Source: Podarcis cretensis
Lineage: Eukaryota
Reading direction: 5' to 3'
Length of the DNA stretch: 64,000 nt
NCBI GenBank assembly: GCA_951804945.1
Contig: OX638152.1
Coordinates: 102,734,001 to 102,798,000 of the forward strand
Each line of letters starts with the position of its first letter. Within the stretch, counting starts at the first letter, position 1. Positions 9,991 to 23,308 of the stretch are shown piece after piece. The notes below the pieces were generated by a model. That model searched no databases, was not told the DNA's origin, and saw nothing but the letters and a program-made list of their open reading frames with translations. The translations under genes and the position numbers were made by a program.

Positions 9991-11679
9991 CCCCACATGG
10001 AAGATTCCATGGGGCTGAAAAGCATTCCCTAACACCCTCTGAAACGACCATTCAAGTAGGACTGAAACCACCGCAAAGCAGCTCCAGAAGGATACCATGG
10101 TCAAAAACCTAGCATGATACATATTCCAACTACAGCATTCCTGAGAGATAGCCATCCAGCCTATTCTTACGTACGTAAGGCAAATGTATTGCTTCCATCC
10201 TACACATGGCATGTGGTAGATGCTCTATACAGAGGCCCAAATGTGTAGTGGCCTGTTTCTTAAAGTTTATCATTCTCCCTATAAAAAGTGAAATATAATT
10301 GAAATACAGTGTGGAACAGCCCCCTTGTGCATGGTATCGTGTGCATGGGGGACATAAGGCTAGCATGCTACTTTTCTAGTGGCCAGGAAAAGTATGTGAA
10401 CAAGGCAAAAGTGATGTCCCTGAGGAAGGATGAATATGGGTCTCCACAGTCCAACGCTGTTTCCATTTCACCATGCTGGCTCTCTTGCAAACAATTGCAA
10501 AATGATTGAATTAAGGGTCACTGCTACATATCTGTGCTTTTCCTCTCTTGAGACAGGAATGGTGGTGAAGTATTTATCAATTTCTTTGTGCGGACAACAT
10601 CTGTGCTTTGGGATGATTTCTCCTCTTATTAAACAGATCTGTGTGCCATCATAATCTGAGTTGCTTAATTGCTCCTTTTTTTCCACAGATACATATTATT
10701 CTGATGTAGATTCATTGATGTTCATGATCTTCCTTTCATAGAGGTTAATAACGCTACAATAGTTTCATCTCGTTGTGTAATTAGAACAATTTACATTTCT
10801 CATTTGTTTTGATCAGGGTACATTGGCCGATTCAAATGTGATAACAAACACTGTAGTTAGGAGAAGGCATTCTCTTCCCTTTCCAATACTAATATTTCTC
10901 TGTCAAAAATTTACCAGAAAATAAAGACAGTAAATCAATCAAAACATTGCTCAGGAGAAAATACTCTGGTCCCTCTTGCCCCACCTCAGAAATGAAATAT
11001 AGACTAAATGAAAGCAGTTCTGGTGAGAAATTAAATCAGCATCGATGTGCCTGAAACAATATTACCTGCATTTATCCCAGGAAGTTGTTGTTGGTAGTTG
11101 TAGGGTTTATTTAAAAAAATAAAATAAAATAAAAAATACCAACTAGATAGAGTCTAACATTTTGAGATGTTGCCTTCATTAAGTGAAGCAAACTATGACA
11201 TATAGACTTGATGAATCCACAAAGTCTAGCCTTGCAGTGCAATCTTGCTCACTGAGTTCAACAAGCCACGTCCCAATGAAAATTTATAAAGGCACCTAAC
11301 GGAGGTGCCTGCTACTTGTCCACTGAGGAACCTGTAGACCTTCCTCTAAGCTATTAATTGTATTAGAGTACTCTGCTAGAAATAAGGTGAACAATAAAAG
11401 GCTCATGTGAACCCAAAGTACAGATCTACAGATGACGCTGCCCCATGCATGCCTGTGTGATTCACTTCGCTGTCCTGGCTCCTTTCTAATTAGCCACCTC
11501 TAGGGAAAGGAATCTCTCCTGATAGCAGGGCACAGCAGACTCACTCACCTTTAGATGAGGCTGCCTGCTGCATCTCTGCACAAGTCACTGCTTTGGGAAC
11601 GACTCCTTCTAGAAAGGACCCTTTTTAGATCAGTTCAAGGAGCCTGCCACCTATATTACTGTATGAGGGTGAGATCCTG

Positions 11680-11715
11680 ACACACAGCTTGGTAGGTACA
11701 CACAGCTTGGTAGGT
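11680..11715. repeat. 18-bp tandem duplication ACACACAGCTTGGTAGGT x2
   Basis: Read directly from the sequence. Confidence 0.85.
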
Positions 11716-11749
11716 GCCAGTTGACTGTTTCAGATCTGCAGTGTGCATA

Positions 11750-12106
11750 AAGGTAAAGGGTAAAGGGACCCCTGACCATTAGGTCCAGTTGTGGCCGGCT
11801 CTGGGGTTGCGGCGCTCATCTCGCTTTATTGGCTGAGGGAGCCGGCGTACAGCTTCCGGGTCATGTGGCCAGCATGACTAAGCTGCTTCTGGCGAACCAG
11901 AGCTGCGCACGGAAACGCCGTTTACCTTCTTGCTGGAGCGGTACCTATTTATCTACTTGCACTTTGACATGCTTTCGAACAGCTAGGTTAGCAGGAGCAG
12001 GGACTGAGCAACGGGAGCTCACCCCATCACGGGGATTCGAACCACCGACCTTCTGATTGGCAAGTCCTAGGCTCTGTGGTTTAACTCACAGTGCCACCTG
12101 TGTCCC
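11750..12106 (-). mobile_element. Sauria SINE, GGGACCCCTGACCATTAGG subfamily
   Basis: Full length. 12-bp TSD GCAGTGTGCATA at 11738-11749 and 12107-12118. Confidence 0.95.
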
Positions 12107-12224
12107 GCAGTGTGCATAGGCTAGTGATTAATCCAGTTTGACTATTCCAGCTCTGGTTCAGAGACAGAGATGCTTTCCTCCAGTCTCTGCACTGAGAGTA
12201 AATATTGGTTTCCCCAACAGAATT

Positions 12225-12510
12225 GATGATAATAATAATAAAGTGATAAAATATCAGACCTCAAAAACTTCCCTAATAGGGCTGCCTTCAGATGTCTTCT
12301 AAAAGTCAGATAGTTGTTTATTTCCTTGACATCTGATGGGAGGGCATTCCACAGGGTGGGCACCACTACCGAGAAGGCCCTCTGCCTGGTTCCCTGTAAC
12401 CTCACTTCTCGCACTGAGGGAACCGCCAAAAGGCCCTCGGCACTGGACCTCAGTCCAGCTGAACGATGGGGATGGAGACGCTCCTTCAGGTATACTGGGC
12501 CAAGGCTCTA
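12225..12510 (-). mobile_element. L2 LINE 3' end
   Basis: Reverse complement of 30735-30990. Translates LQGTRQRAFSVV..LWNALPSDVK. Confidence 0.88.
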
Positions 12511-13485
12511 CTGGACTGAAAATACAAGTTGTCATTCTACTAAGAAGATATCAAACCATGGGAAACTGCTGTGACAACTAAAACTGTCCCATAGTGCTTT
12601 ATTTATTTATTTAGCAAAAAAGAAATCTCTCCCCCCCCCCATCTGCCAGACTACGTCCTCTTGCATTTTTTCAACCATTTCTTACAAACTTTAAAAGTTT
12701 CTTGGTTGCTTGGGATTGTTAACATTTTAAGTGCCTTAGGATGTGTAGTTTCTGTTTGGCAGATGAGTGATTTCTTACAGCTGCATGGATGTAATGGCTC
12801 CCCTCCCTTCTTTTTTCTTTTCTTTTCTTTTCTTTTCTTTTTGCTAGAGGCAAATTGATGACATTTTCCATGGAAGCAAGCAAAGGTTCTGGTTTCATTG
12901 GAAAAGACTTGTTGATAAAAGAAAATTGTACCCCACAATAAAATTGAATACCTACAGTGGTCAAAATGATAGTTCTGCACAGCTGAAGAATACGATAGGT
13001 AGCTTTAAACATTTTATGCCATTATATGGCTGGCGGTGCCTACAATATATTGAGTGCTTTCTGTTCAGCATTTTACATGGGCAAACACTTGACTTCAATT
13101 GCAAGTAAGATGTCACTGGAGTATAAGGGATGTAAAAGCATCCTTAAATATTTTGCTATCTCAATTGAGAGTTATAGAGGAACACAAATTGAACAGAGAT
13201 AATGAAAGATGTATAAAATACAATATCGCTTTTAGTAACTCAGGAGCAAAAAATTCTTGCTACCTTTTATTAGATAGTCTTCTTTCATTATCAATACATA
13301 AGCTATGATTTCTGTAGCGTTCACATGGAAGAGCTGAGGCTGGGTGTATGGCAAATGCTTTTTATCAAGAGGAGAGTAGGGGGAACAGTTTTTAGAGAGT
13401 TAGAAGAACCAGATGCAGTTGTCTCAGGACCCAGATGCTGCACAGGAGCCCCCAGCTGGTCATCTGTTTTTGGGTTAGGATAAAA

Positions 13486-13487
<2 letters not shown>

Positions 13488-13518
<31 letters not shown>
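13488..13518. repeat. (TG)n microsatellite
   Basis: Read directly from the sequence. Confidence 0.95.
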
Positions 13519-13519
<1 letters not shown>

Positions 13520-13807
13520 ATAATTTGGTGGGGTCAAACAGGGCTTTATTAATGGATGAAAAAATATAATCCTAACACCCAGGCTGATTTAGCAAAAACA
13601 GTACTAAATCATTGGTGGAGGGAGAGAATTTAAGCTTCTTGTGAACAGTTTAAGGGTTCCTCCACATGTCATTTTATGGTGTATTCATCATGATTCATCT
13701 TGATGCTATTGGAACAGTTATAAGCTGTGCACTTTCAATACCATTTATGCTTTCAAAAGTTGCAGAGCAGTTATACTTCTTCAGTTGCAGTTGGTATATA
13801 CTCCACA

Positions 13808-13911
13808 GTAAAGGTAAAGGGACTCCTGACCATTAGGTCCAGTTGTGACCGACTCTGGGGTTGCGGCGCTCATCTCGCTTTATTGGCCGAGGGAGCCAGT
13901 GTACAGCTTCC
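13808..13911 (-). mobile_element. Sauria SINE 3' fragment
   Basis: GTAAAGGTAAAGGGACTCCTGACCATTAGG...CAGCTTCCG matches 11750-11860. Confidence 0.88.
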
Positions 13912-13930
13912 GTAAGTTCCTGCTAAAATC

Positions 13931-14139
13931 ATAGAATCATAGAATCATAGAATCATAGAATCATAGAGTTGGAAGAGACCACAAGGGCCATCGAGTCCAA
14001 CCCCCTGCCAAGCAGGAAACACCATCAGAGCACTCCTGACATATGGTTGTCAAGCCTCTGCTTAAAGACCTCCAAAGAAGGAGACTCCACCACACTCCTT
14101 GGCAGCAAATTCCACTGTCGAACAGCTCTTACTGTTCAT
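13931..14139 (-). mobile_element. Young CR1 LINE 3' end
   Basis: (ATTCTATG)n octamer tail and CR1 3'UTR. TSD TAAAATC at 13924-13930 and 14140-14146. Confidence 0.9.
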
Positions 14140-14366
14140 TAAAATCTTGTAGGTTTTAATGCTGAAAATATTCTGGTTCTTTTTTTCCCCTCCTGTTTAT
14201 AATGAAACACATCTACATCTTTGTGATGTAGCCACTACCACATACTTCCTCTTGATGCCACTATACCTGTGGGTTTTTCATGGAAACAAGCTATGGTTTA
14301 GAAACTTAAAAACTATATGAATAAATATATGGTGCTATGGCCTTATTGTGAAACCAACTTGCACTG

Positions 14367-14367
14367 T

Positions 14368-14406
<39 letters not shown>

Positions 14407-14590
14407 TTCTCTTCCAAGTAGCTCAATATGGTCACATGGTTCTCCCCCTCCCCATGTCATCCTCACAGCAACCCTGTGAGGTAAGTTAGGGTAAGAGATG
14501 GTGACTGGCCCAATGTCACCCAGGGAGCTTCATGGCTGAGTGGGGAGTCAAACCCTGGTCTCCAACACTCTAATTATTATGCCCCACTGG
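14367..14590 (-). mobile_element. MIR/CORE-type (Squam3-related) SINE with (TAAA)n tail
   Basis: CCTCACAGCAACCCTGTGAGG...GTGACTGGCCCAATGTCACCCAG core, preceded by (TTTA)n. Confidence 0.8.
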
Positions 14591-15094
14591 GGGGAGGTAA
14601 GAACATGGACAATGGAAAGGGTAGAGTGAGAGCAACAAGTATGAGAGGATTGGAGAAGCATCACAAAACAACTGGTGAGGCCAGACGATGTTTGGATAGT
14701 CCAGTATGAATCAGTGACATGTTGCTCCATACACTCCCAATCATCAGCAGTCTGGATGGTCCTTAACAGGTCCTTATTAATCCACTTCATTTGGTGTGAG
14801 GTCATTGGACATTAACATTAAAAGATTTACAAAATGCCAGACAGACTAAAAAAGAAGAATGTCAACCATAGTTACTCTTCCTCATAATATCAGAAAGTTT
14901 ATTTCTACATTGCTGGGGTGGGGTGGGGAGAGACTGTGATGGGTTGGGGTCATCTCAAATCTCTTTCAACCATTTTTACTTCACTCTAGCTAAAATGAAT
15001 CCCAGAGTGATTTACAAGATCAGATTAAGCTGCCCTAATAACAAACTGTAGTGCTCTTGGTAGGTTAGGGTTAGTGGGCTGAGAGAAATGAAAT

Positions 15095-15245
15095 AACTGT
15101 GCAACAGGTTGGGGCACCTGGCTGTTAACCAGACGCTGGTTTGAGCCCACTCAGAGATGGCTGTGGGCAGGATTCCTGCATTGTAGGGGTTGGACTAGAT
15201 CATCCTCAGGATCCCTTCCAAATCTACCATTCTATGATTCTATGA
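15095..15245 (+). mobile_element. tRNA-derived SINE with a CR1-type 3' tail
   Basis: B-box-like GGTTTGAGCCC, then GATTCCTGCATTG..GGGGTTGGACTAGAT..CCCTTCCAA..ATTCTATGATTCTATGA, which is shared with the CR1 3' end at 38570-38647. Confidence 0.75.
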
Positions 15246-15882
15246 ATTTGCACCTAATTTTTCTCACCAAAATTCTCCTCTCATATTCTGTTCACTGAAC
15301 ACTCATTGAATATACAAATATTTTGCTGAATTTTCACTGCAATGGTAAACTGGTACAGGTGAATAACTAAAGCTAAGTGACAGTGTGAGCGTAAGAAATG
15401 GATGATGAGATGATATATTAATGGAACATTAATTATATAATGATCATTCAACACTGGAAAAGATAAAATGGATTAAGTACAAATTTATCTCGCTTTTCTC
15501 TACTGTGACGATTATATACTAGTCACTGAAATAAAGTACTTGTATTTTTTATTTTTAAAACTGTCAAGAAGTTAAACATTTTCTCTGGCATAGTGACAGG
15601 CCAATTTCTGGCACAATTATTAATCAGCTTGGCAATTACAAGCTTTCTTGGCAAGTGTTTGTTTTCTGAGAGTTCTCTCCCAGTTCAAATTGTTGGCACA
15701 AGCCTGCTGATGGTGTCATGTGCCCTGCACATTGTCATGTTGGTCTTTGGGATTAGTACTTCCCAGCTCCAGCTATATAACAGAGAGCAAGTTGGAAGTT
15801 AGACTCCATCTCCCCTCTAAAAACAAACACACCCCGGATGACAGGAAACAACTGAGAGAATTGACCCAAAGAGGAGATACAA

Positions 15883-16055
15883 TAAGGTTACCAGACGTCC
15901 TTGTTTCCTGGGGGCAGTCCCTGGATTTACAAATCAGTCCCCATACAAAATCCATTGAAGGTGAAAAGTGTCCCTGGATTCATTGCCGGGGGCGGGGGTG
16001 GGGGCAAAGCAACACAGCTGGCTTGGGCTCCCCAATCTGCTGCCTGCTGCCTGCA
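15883..16055. mobile_element. hAT (Blackjack-like) left-end fragment
   Basis: TAAGGTTACCAGACGTCC...GATTTACAAATCAGTCCCC is homologous to 6694-6790. No right TIR found. Confidence 0.65.
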
Positions 16056-18209
16056 GGTGTGCAAAATTGCCCCCACACCCAGAAAGAGGACTTGGGACAA
16101 CATATTCAGAGGTTTAATCACCTGACCCCACCTGGACCCCATGGTCCAACTCTCACAATGATGCCTCAGGGTGTGAATGAATTAAAGTCTCACCTGTCCT
16201 TACCTGCTCACACTGAATGCCAAAGAATGCCAAATCAACACCAAATGCTCTATGGTGTGAAGTGCACAAAAACAGGGAGCCCCAAGTGCCAAATAGGGGT
16301 GTCCACAAAAATCCCGACAACCCCATAAAAAGCAACTACCTGAAGCCCACACTATAAAGAGGGAGGGAGGTTGCAGCCAAAGGCAATTGGAGGGAAAAGA
16401 GGAGGCAAAACAGCTTTAAATGTCAGGCTAGGCTGTCCATCCAGTTGGACATTCAGTCCCACATGGCTCCAGGCCCCTCCCAAAGGAAGAGACCGCCTTG
16501 AGTCTCCCCTGAATGGGATGGGGGTGTTTGTGAAGCAAATCTGCCCACACTGAAAGCAGGAAAACACAACTTTCTGAGCTAGAAAAAGAAACTTGGGAGG
16601 AAATGGCATTATACTGCTACAAGAACAGAGTAAAACAAACTGGACACATTTATATTCCAAACCAGGTAATTCTGAATCTTAGAGATGCCACTGCTCTTTC
16701 TTGCACAGTTGCACAATAGATTGTGTCCTTGTCATTGTGGCAGAAATAATCTTGGGATATATTCCGTTTGCTTGGGACTCCAGTGCTTGAACTGAGAATC
16801 TCATAGATAAGGTTAGAACCTGCTATAGTGAGAAACATTCGATTATTGGTACTTTGGCAGCAAAACTCTTCTCAGTTGCTGAAGAGAGTAAGAGTGTGCT
16901 ACAACAGCCTCTTTAACCATCTGTATTGCTGTACTTGAAGACCATGAAGGGACACAGTTCTTTGAGTTTGCATTGAGTGTGGTGAGAGAGCTGTGATTGC
17001 TCCCAGAGGTTTTTGCACCATGCCAGAAGCAATGGACAACAGCTGGCAAAGATACACAGCCACTGAACATCCTAAAGCACTCCCATGTGGGAGATGGAGC
17101 CCTTCAAAAATTACTTGCCACCGTTGACATGCTTCATCTGCACATACACCATCTTTCCCTGAGAAGGCTCTGGCACACAACACTTTCCAGCTTAAGGCAT
17201 TTTGCAGCAGCTTGTTGAAATTCTTAAAATTTCTGTTCTGCATGTCTTTCAGCATTCAGCATTGTGCGCCAGTGTTGAACCACAAGTGATTTGCTCCAAG
17301 AGCTCTGCTAGTACCAGCTGTATACTCAAAGTAACCTCACAATTGGTGGCAGCTGTAGCACTAAGCTTACACGCAAACGAACTTGGGAAGGCCTTTGAAG
17401 CATGTTAATCGGCCTGCTCAGGGCTCAAAGTTACTCTTACCTGTGGGTGTGGGGTACTAGGCTCCAGGCCCAATTAGAGTGGTATGCAATATCAGCCATT
17501 TGTGGAGAACCCAGGAAGTGGTTGAGATCTCAGCTGCCTGTATGCTGCTCGGTACAAGAAGCATATTCCCCATTGCCAGGGTGCAAACAAGCCAGCTCCT
17601 CACTGTGGAGTCTGGCGCATGCAGGGGTGAGCTGTTGAACCTTTGTTGTGAGATTGCACTTTTCCTTTAATAAACTACTAAGACCTGATCAACCAGGTGG
17701 TGTGGGCAGCCTTCTTTGGGATCCCTGCGTCTCTGAACTCCTGTGAGCCCTCCTCTGGCTCTAAAGGGCATAACATTTGCCTCACCTACAACACTCCTAT
17801 TTCTGAAGAACTTGCTCAGAAGAGGCATCTGAATACCTGGTCCTCATCTTGCTCTACAATAAGGTTCTACCAGGATCCTGGCTTGAACTTCCCCTGCTAT
17901 TCTGTGGTGGCTGGTAAACTGGAGATTCAGAGGATGGTTTACTTTTATTTATTTTCCCCCAGATCCATCTGAAGGGAGTCCTCTGATCAGACACAAAGCG
18001 TATGGTAGATACTGAACCACAAGACATTACTTGTCAGGCTTAACTGAAGCTGGTGTAAGTTCTACCAACTTCCTATACTTAAGATTGCTCTGCTCATGTC
18101 TTATATTTTATTTTATTACTATGTACTCAACTCCATGCTAACGTAACAACAGAACTTCATCTCAGATAATGTTGGCTAATATGAAAGTTGCTTTTATATT
18201 ATTATTTAT

Positions 18210-18706
18210 TGTCAGGGACTGGCTGGATTAGTGGAAGCCACTGAACCAAGACCCCACCAGGGAAGGCACAGAGGAAGAGGACTTTGAGCCTGGAGGTGGG
18301 ACACTGGCCACACCTCAAAGGAGGGGGAAAGCTGGGAAGTGCCAGAAGCAGGGATCTTGAAGGATAGTGAAGAGATGGAAGCAGGCAGGTGGCCCAGCAC
18401 AGGGCAGGGTGATGAGGTTTCAGTTTGGATGAAGGCGCCAACAGCAATGACAGAGGAGATGTAAAACCTGCAGTTCTTCCTCAGAGCCAGTCTAACAGCT
18501 TCTCTGTTGACAGCTTGCTGCCACCCCTCACTCCGAGAATGAAGCAGCAAGCCAGGCAGACACAGAGGGAGTCTGCAGGGGCTCACCATAGCAATATCCG
18601 CCCTCTTTTCCCCACAGGTGGGCGGGGTTTGCGGCACCAAGCGGGGCTCACCTGGGCAGCTACCTGCTTGAGCCGGCCTTTGACCCGCCCTCGGCCAGGG
18701 AGGACA
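18210..18706. mobile_element. GC-rich LTR-like element, Gypsy-like
   Basis: Starts TGTCAGGGACTGG at an abrupt AT-to-GC transition and resembles 3761-4206. Right end and TSD unresolved. Confidence 0.5.
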
Positions 18707-18929
18707 ATGGATGGCCAGCCGGGGGTGGGCCTAAGGCCAAAAGAAAAGAGGATGACTACTGGGCTCAAGCCTCTTTTGATGTTATTCCTTCTAGGATTAC
18801 CCACCCACCCTCCCTCAAATTAATAATTTCTTGCCTCCATAATTTCATCCTAGGTCAGTGAACGTCAAGTTAATGATTATTTCCTTACAGGCTAATATTT
18901 TGCATTCCAGGTCAGCGAGCGCTGCTGCG

Positions 18930-19410
18930 GTCATAAGATGATTGCTATATTCAGAACTGGGAAGGAATTTTCCCTGCATTGGAAGTTTTGCCTTCCCCAT
19001 AGCATTTCGTCACAACTTGGGCAGTTTTTAGGCCTTGGCAAGGTATCCTTTAGTCTAACATCAAGTCAGGGGGGATGCATTCATGCTCCCTCCCCATGCA
19101 GCGGCGCTTGCAAGGCCCATTAAAGAGGAAAAAACCGGGAGTGTCTGGCCCTAGAGAGGCAGCATGTAGGTCAAACTCCCGGGACAAGGTCAGTGGAAGC
19201 ACATGCTGTGTAAGTTTGCGCTTTGCAGTCCCCTCTCACTGGACCTCATCTGCCTGCAAAACCTCAGCCAGGTGGGCTGAGAGGGTTACCTGCCAAGGCC
19301 TGTGTCAAGTTTCCCACTTCTGAAGTTCAATAAAGTTATGGACAATTTGAACCCATACTCTGGTCTCATGTCTCATCATTTGGGGTAAGGGGTAGGCACC
19401 ACAGACAGGA
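18930..19410 (+). repeat. Unclassified interspersed repeat
   Basis: Shares AGGAATTTT, TCACAACTT..TTAGGC..CCTT(T)AGTCT and TTTGAACCCA blocks with the reverse complement of 28545-28975. Confidence 0.5.
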
Positions 19411-22251
19411 TTAGACCGTGTGCCCGCAAACGATAACAGAGGGAGGGACCTGGCACAGAGAGCTAGAGAGTGAAGGAGGGGCTGCAAGCCAGTTCAAACA
19501 ACTGCTTCATTTAGATAAGTTTGACTTTAGGAGTCTCCTTGAGTTCTTAGTTTCTTTATTAAGGAAAGCAAAACAAACTGCAATTTAGCTAAGCGTCTCT
19601 CTTTCTCTGACCTGCAAACAACCTGCTCTGCCTATACCACCCTATACCTATAGATCTCAGGGCAGTTTGCAGCAAGTTGGCATGTGTACACCTTCAGTTA
19701 TTCACTATGCTAGTCATTAGTTGACCATGAATGTGTAAAATAGCCCTCTGATGCCTCTAGGTAAGAGAAGCCGCAGAAGTATGCTATACTAGTTAGGGAT
19801 ATGCCTCATATCACCATCCTGAACTTATTTAGAGATAGGATTTTAGCCATCTGCTCTGGAACAGACTGGCTTAAACCTAAATATTAGGTCATTACATTCT
19901 GAGGCAATGGTAGGGGAGTCATTTGGAAAATTGAAAGCAGAGACTTAATGAGAGATAGCATCTTTTATTCTGAGTTTTTTGACATGATGGATAGATCTCT
20001 TGACAGAGTGCAGATAGGTAAGTTGAAAGTATAGGTAACATTTTTCTAATGTAGCAATATTAATTAGCTTCACATGCTAGTTGCTAAATCATCAATGCCA
20101 TTATAAGGGCATGGGCACACTGTGACCTTTGCTTTATACTTATCCTTGCAAATTGTGCATGTCATGGTTCTATTTTTTCTATATACTTCCATGGGATATT
20201 TTTGAAGGTGTTTCCATTTTGCTTCCTTTTCATCTCCCGTTTGTGTTCTGCAATTGCTGCTATCCTTGCTGCTGGCAAAGGCACTCTTGCTTGATAAAGT
20301 TGCCGCTTCTGCTATCTGTAGATGTGTTATGAAACCAAAGGCAGATTCTGAGTTTGCAACAGAGGAACTTACATTGTGTATTTCAGGATGCAGTTATTTT
20401 GTTTATATTTTCCCAGTAGTCTTTTGATCATCGTGATGCTATCTCCATTGGTGGCAGTTTAATAACTGTACTTGTCACTTATCTTCATGTTTCATATCTG
20501 GCACACGATCCGATTTAAAAAAACAAAAACAACAACAACACACACACTTGTCTTAAATTTGCTTCTCACTATTGCACTTCTGAAGTTTACTCTTTTAATC
20601 TGTTTTTGTCAGCTTGCTGGCATTTTTTTTCTTCCAAGCGTGTATCAGCTGCATCAGCTTTCATATCAGCTTTCATTATGGTTAAAGCACTTAATGTGAG
20701 GATGATTTGTGCATATTCCTTAGGGAAGTTGGGGTGCTCGTGATTCAGGAAAACATGAATATAAAGCTTATTTTTATTGGGAGGCAGAAAGTTGTAATTT
20801 GCTTTGTTAATAAGTTACTTGCTCTGCACGTGTGATGTGTGTATTTTTCATGTGATGACTGAAGCAAGTGACAGTGACTAACATGTAATAAGGCATTATG
20901 GACACAGTTGTAACATCACCTCATATGGAAGGAACCTGGGGAAAATCTGTCTAGCTGAGTATTGATCCAATACACAGGAATACTAAGGTCTATCTCATTC
21001 AGCATTGCCTAGGAACCCCTTAACCAACTTTTTTTTTAGAAGTTAACTCAGCTAATTGTTCACCACCAGTGGGAAAAGTAAATGGATGGTGTTTTGAAAC
21101 AGAACCACAGCAAGGGCTGAGAGGGAAATGATCTGAGAACAGGAAAGGCAGCCATTTTGACTAAACAATTAAGCTCCAATGAAGCTCACAAATACAAAGG
21201 TGATCAGCAAAGAAGAGAACTCTTAATTATTACTCTTATTATTATAAAGATGGGGAGGGGGACTTTTCCCACAAAGTCTCAGACTCTAGCTTTCCAACTG
21301 CAGCCCCCTACCAACTGACAGTAGCATAGCTAGGAAGGGGCAGAGGGGCAGGCTGCTCCAGGTGATGCTTTTTTGGCACTTTTGTGGGGAGGCACCTCCG
21401 CAGAAGATTTGGGAGTGAGCGGTAAATGCCCATAATCCCAATGCATTTGAAGGGAATGGGCGAGCTAGGAACATGACTGCGGGAAAGGAGGTCCCCCTCT
21501 GCCGCTTCCTCTTCCCACCCCATTTGAGAGGCAAAATCAGGGGAGCAGGTCCTGAAATGAGGTAAGATAGCAGAGGAGCCTTGCAGAAAGCCACAGCTGC
21601 TTCTTGGCTCCGGCAAGGGAAGGAGGCTGTGAGAAAGGAGCGCTGAAGGTGAAATGGGCATTGCTGGAGAGAAGGAAGGGCAATTGGGAAAGTTGGCCAG
21701 TAGGGTGAATGTGTGCCTGGGGGCACTGGGCGGCTCCCTCCCTTGTCTTTCCTTGCTGTGATGGCAGCAATGGTCTCCTTTGGATCCTTTGCTTGCCCAG
21801 TTCAACCTCCGCCGTGCTCCGTCTCGGGACTCTTATGTGGTCTGTTGCTGTTTTGAGAGGAAGTCAGGCAACAGCTGCACTGAAGCTGATGGTGGAGAGG
21901 AGTCAGCACTTGATCCTAACCGGCCACTCCTGCATCATAAGGGGGGACCACCCCGCAGGCGGCTGAGATCTGTAGTGGCCACACCTGGAGCTCCCAGATG
22001 AGGAAGAGCGAGAGGGGTGGCAAACTCAGTGGGCGGCAAAAGCCCTAGCAATGCCACCTTGGACTGAACTATTTGAACTGCTGTGCAAAACAGTCCTATG
22101 GGGCTGTGAATGGCTCACTGCTACCAAAGCAGCCAAAAAGAAAGGGTTTGTCCGATGGGGGGGGGGTCCTAGAAATAGTGCTCAAGGCACAGACATGACA
22201 GCGGGGAGTGAGCAGGTTCAGAGAAGGTGTGAAGGTGGCTGCTTCTGAGCT

Positions 22252-22686
22252 TAGGGTTGCCATATTCTGAAGCCCCAAAACCTGGATGTGTTTGGGGCAC
22301 ACACCCCCACCAGCCCACATCTCCCTCACTCACCCCTCCCTGCTGCTGACCCCTTCCTCACCCCCTCCTCCCCTCCCCTCTCTGACCTTTGATGTCTTCC
22401 GCCTCCTGCTCTACAGACAATGGGAGGCCGAGTGGCTCCAAGAAGGTCATGCCAGAAAAGGCCGCTGGAAGCGATGCCAGGCCAAGCACCACCCACAGAG
22501 TCACCCACAAGACCTGGCAGCCACCAGAACACCTACCAGCTGCTGCTTCCAAATAAATAAATAAATAAATAAATAGAACCCTCAAATCTGGACATTTCAT
22601 ATAAAATACAAAAATCCATCCAGAGGGCCATGCTGGCCTCACAAAAGAGGACCTATCTGGGAAAATCCAGACATATGGCAGCCTTA
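22252..22686. mobile_element. Non-autonomous hAT (Blackjack-like) element
   Basis: TIRs TAGGGTTGCCATAT / ATATGGCAGCCTTA. Perfect 8-bp TSD TCTGAGCT at 22244-22251 and 22687-22694. Confidence 0.9.
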
Positions 22687-23077
22687 TCTGAGCTACTCTT
22701 CCTCACATGGATCCCCTTCGACCAATGAAGAGGAATGTTGGCCTTGAAAGGCCACTCAAGAACCACACAATGCAAGGAAAGGGGGGACACAGAAGCCCAA
22801 GTCTCGATTGAGCTGAATGCTCATGTAGCCTCCCCAGGCTGTCTCAGTGAGAGGGGGGGCATGCTGCGGAGGGGGCTCCAACAGCCTCATCTCCCCTATG
22901 GGGCAAATTACCCTACATGACCCCTGTGGAGAGTCCATCTCTCCTTCTTGCAGCGGAGGAGGGTGTGGCGAATGTGTTCCTATGGGGAAGGAACAGAATT
23001 GTCCAAAGGTGCCAGATGTTCAGGGCTTAGATGACCAGATTCCCAGGTGGTTACATACATACTGTGATAAATTACTA

Positions 23078-23308
23078 CAGTGGTACCTCGGGTTAAGAAC
23101 TTAATCTGTTCCAGAGGTCCGTTCTTAAACTGAAACTGTTCTTAACCTGAGGTACCACTTTAGCTATAGGGGCCTCCCACTGCCGCCATGCGATTTCTGT
23201 TCTCATCTTGAAGCAAAGTTCTTAACCCAAGTTACTATTTCTGGGTTAGCAAAGTCTGTAACCTGAAGCATATGTAACCTGAAGCGTCTGTAACCCGAGG
23301 TACCAGTG
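23078..23308. mobile_element. Tc1/mariner (Tigger-like) MITE
   Basis: TA|CAGTGGTACCTCGGGTTA...TAACCCGAGGTACCAGTG|TA. Same family as 40639-40864. Confidence 0.92.

Noticed and set aside
15720-16328. 202-aa ORF
   Set aside because: Non-ATG start, runs through a hAT terminus and GC-rich repeat, and has no recognisable domain.
21300-22240. GC-rich region with several 70-165 aa ORFs, as a possible CpG-island exon
   Set aside because: Few CpGs, no coherent protein, and it begins with a hAT-like CAGTAGCATAGC end. Probably decayed TE fragments that I cannot delimit.
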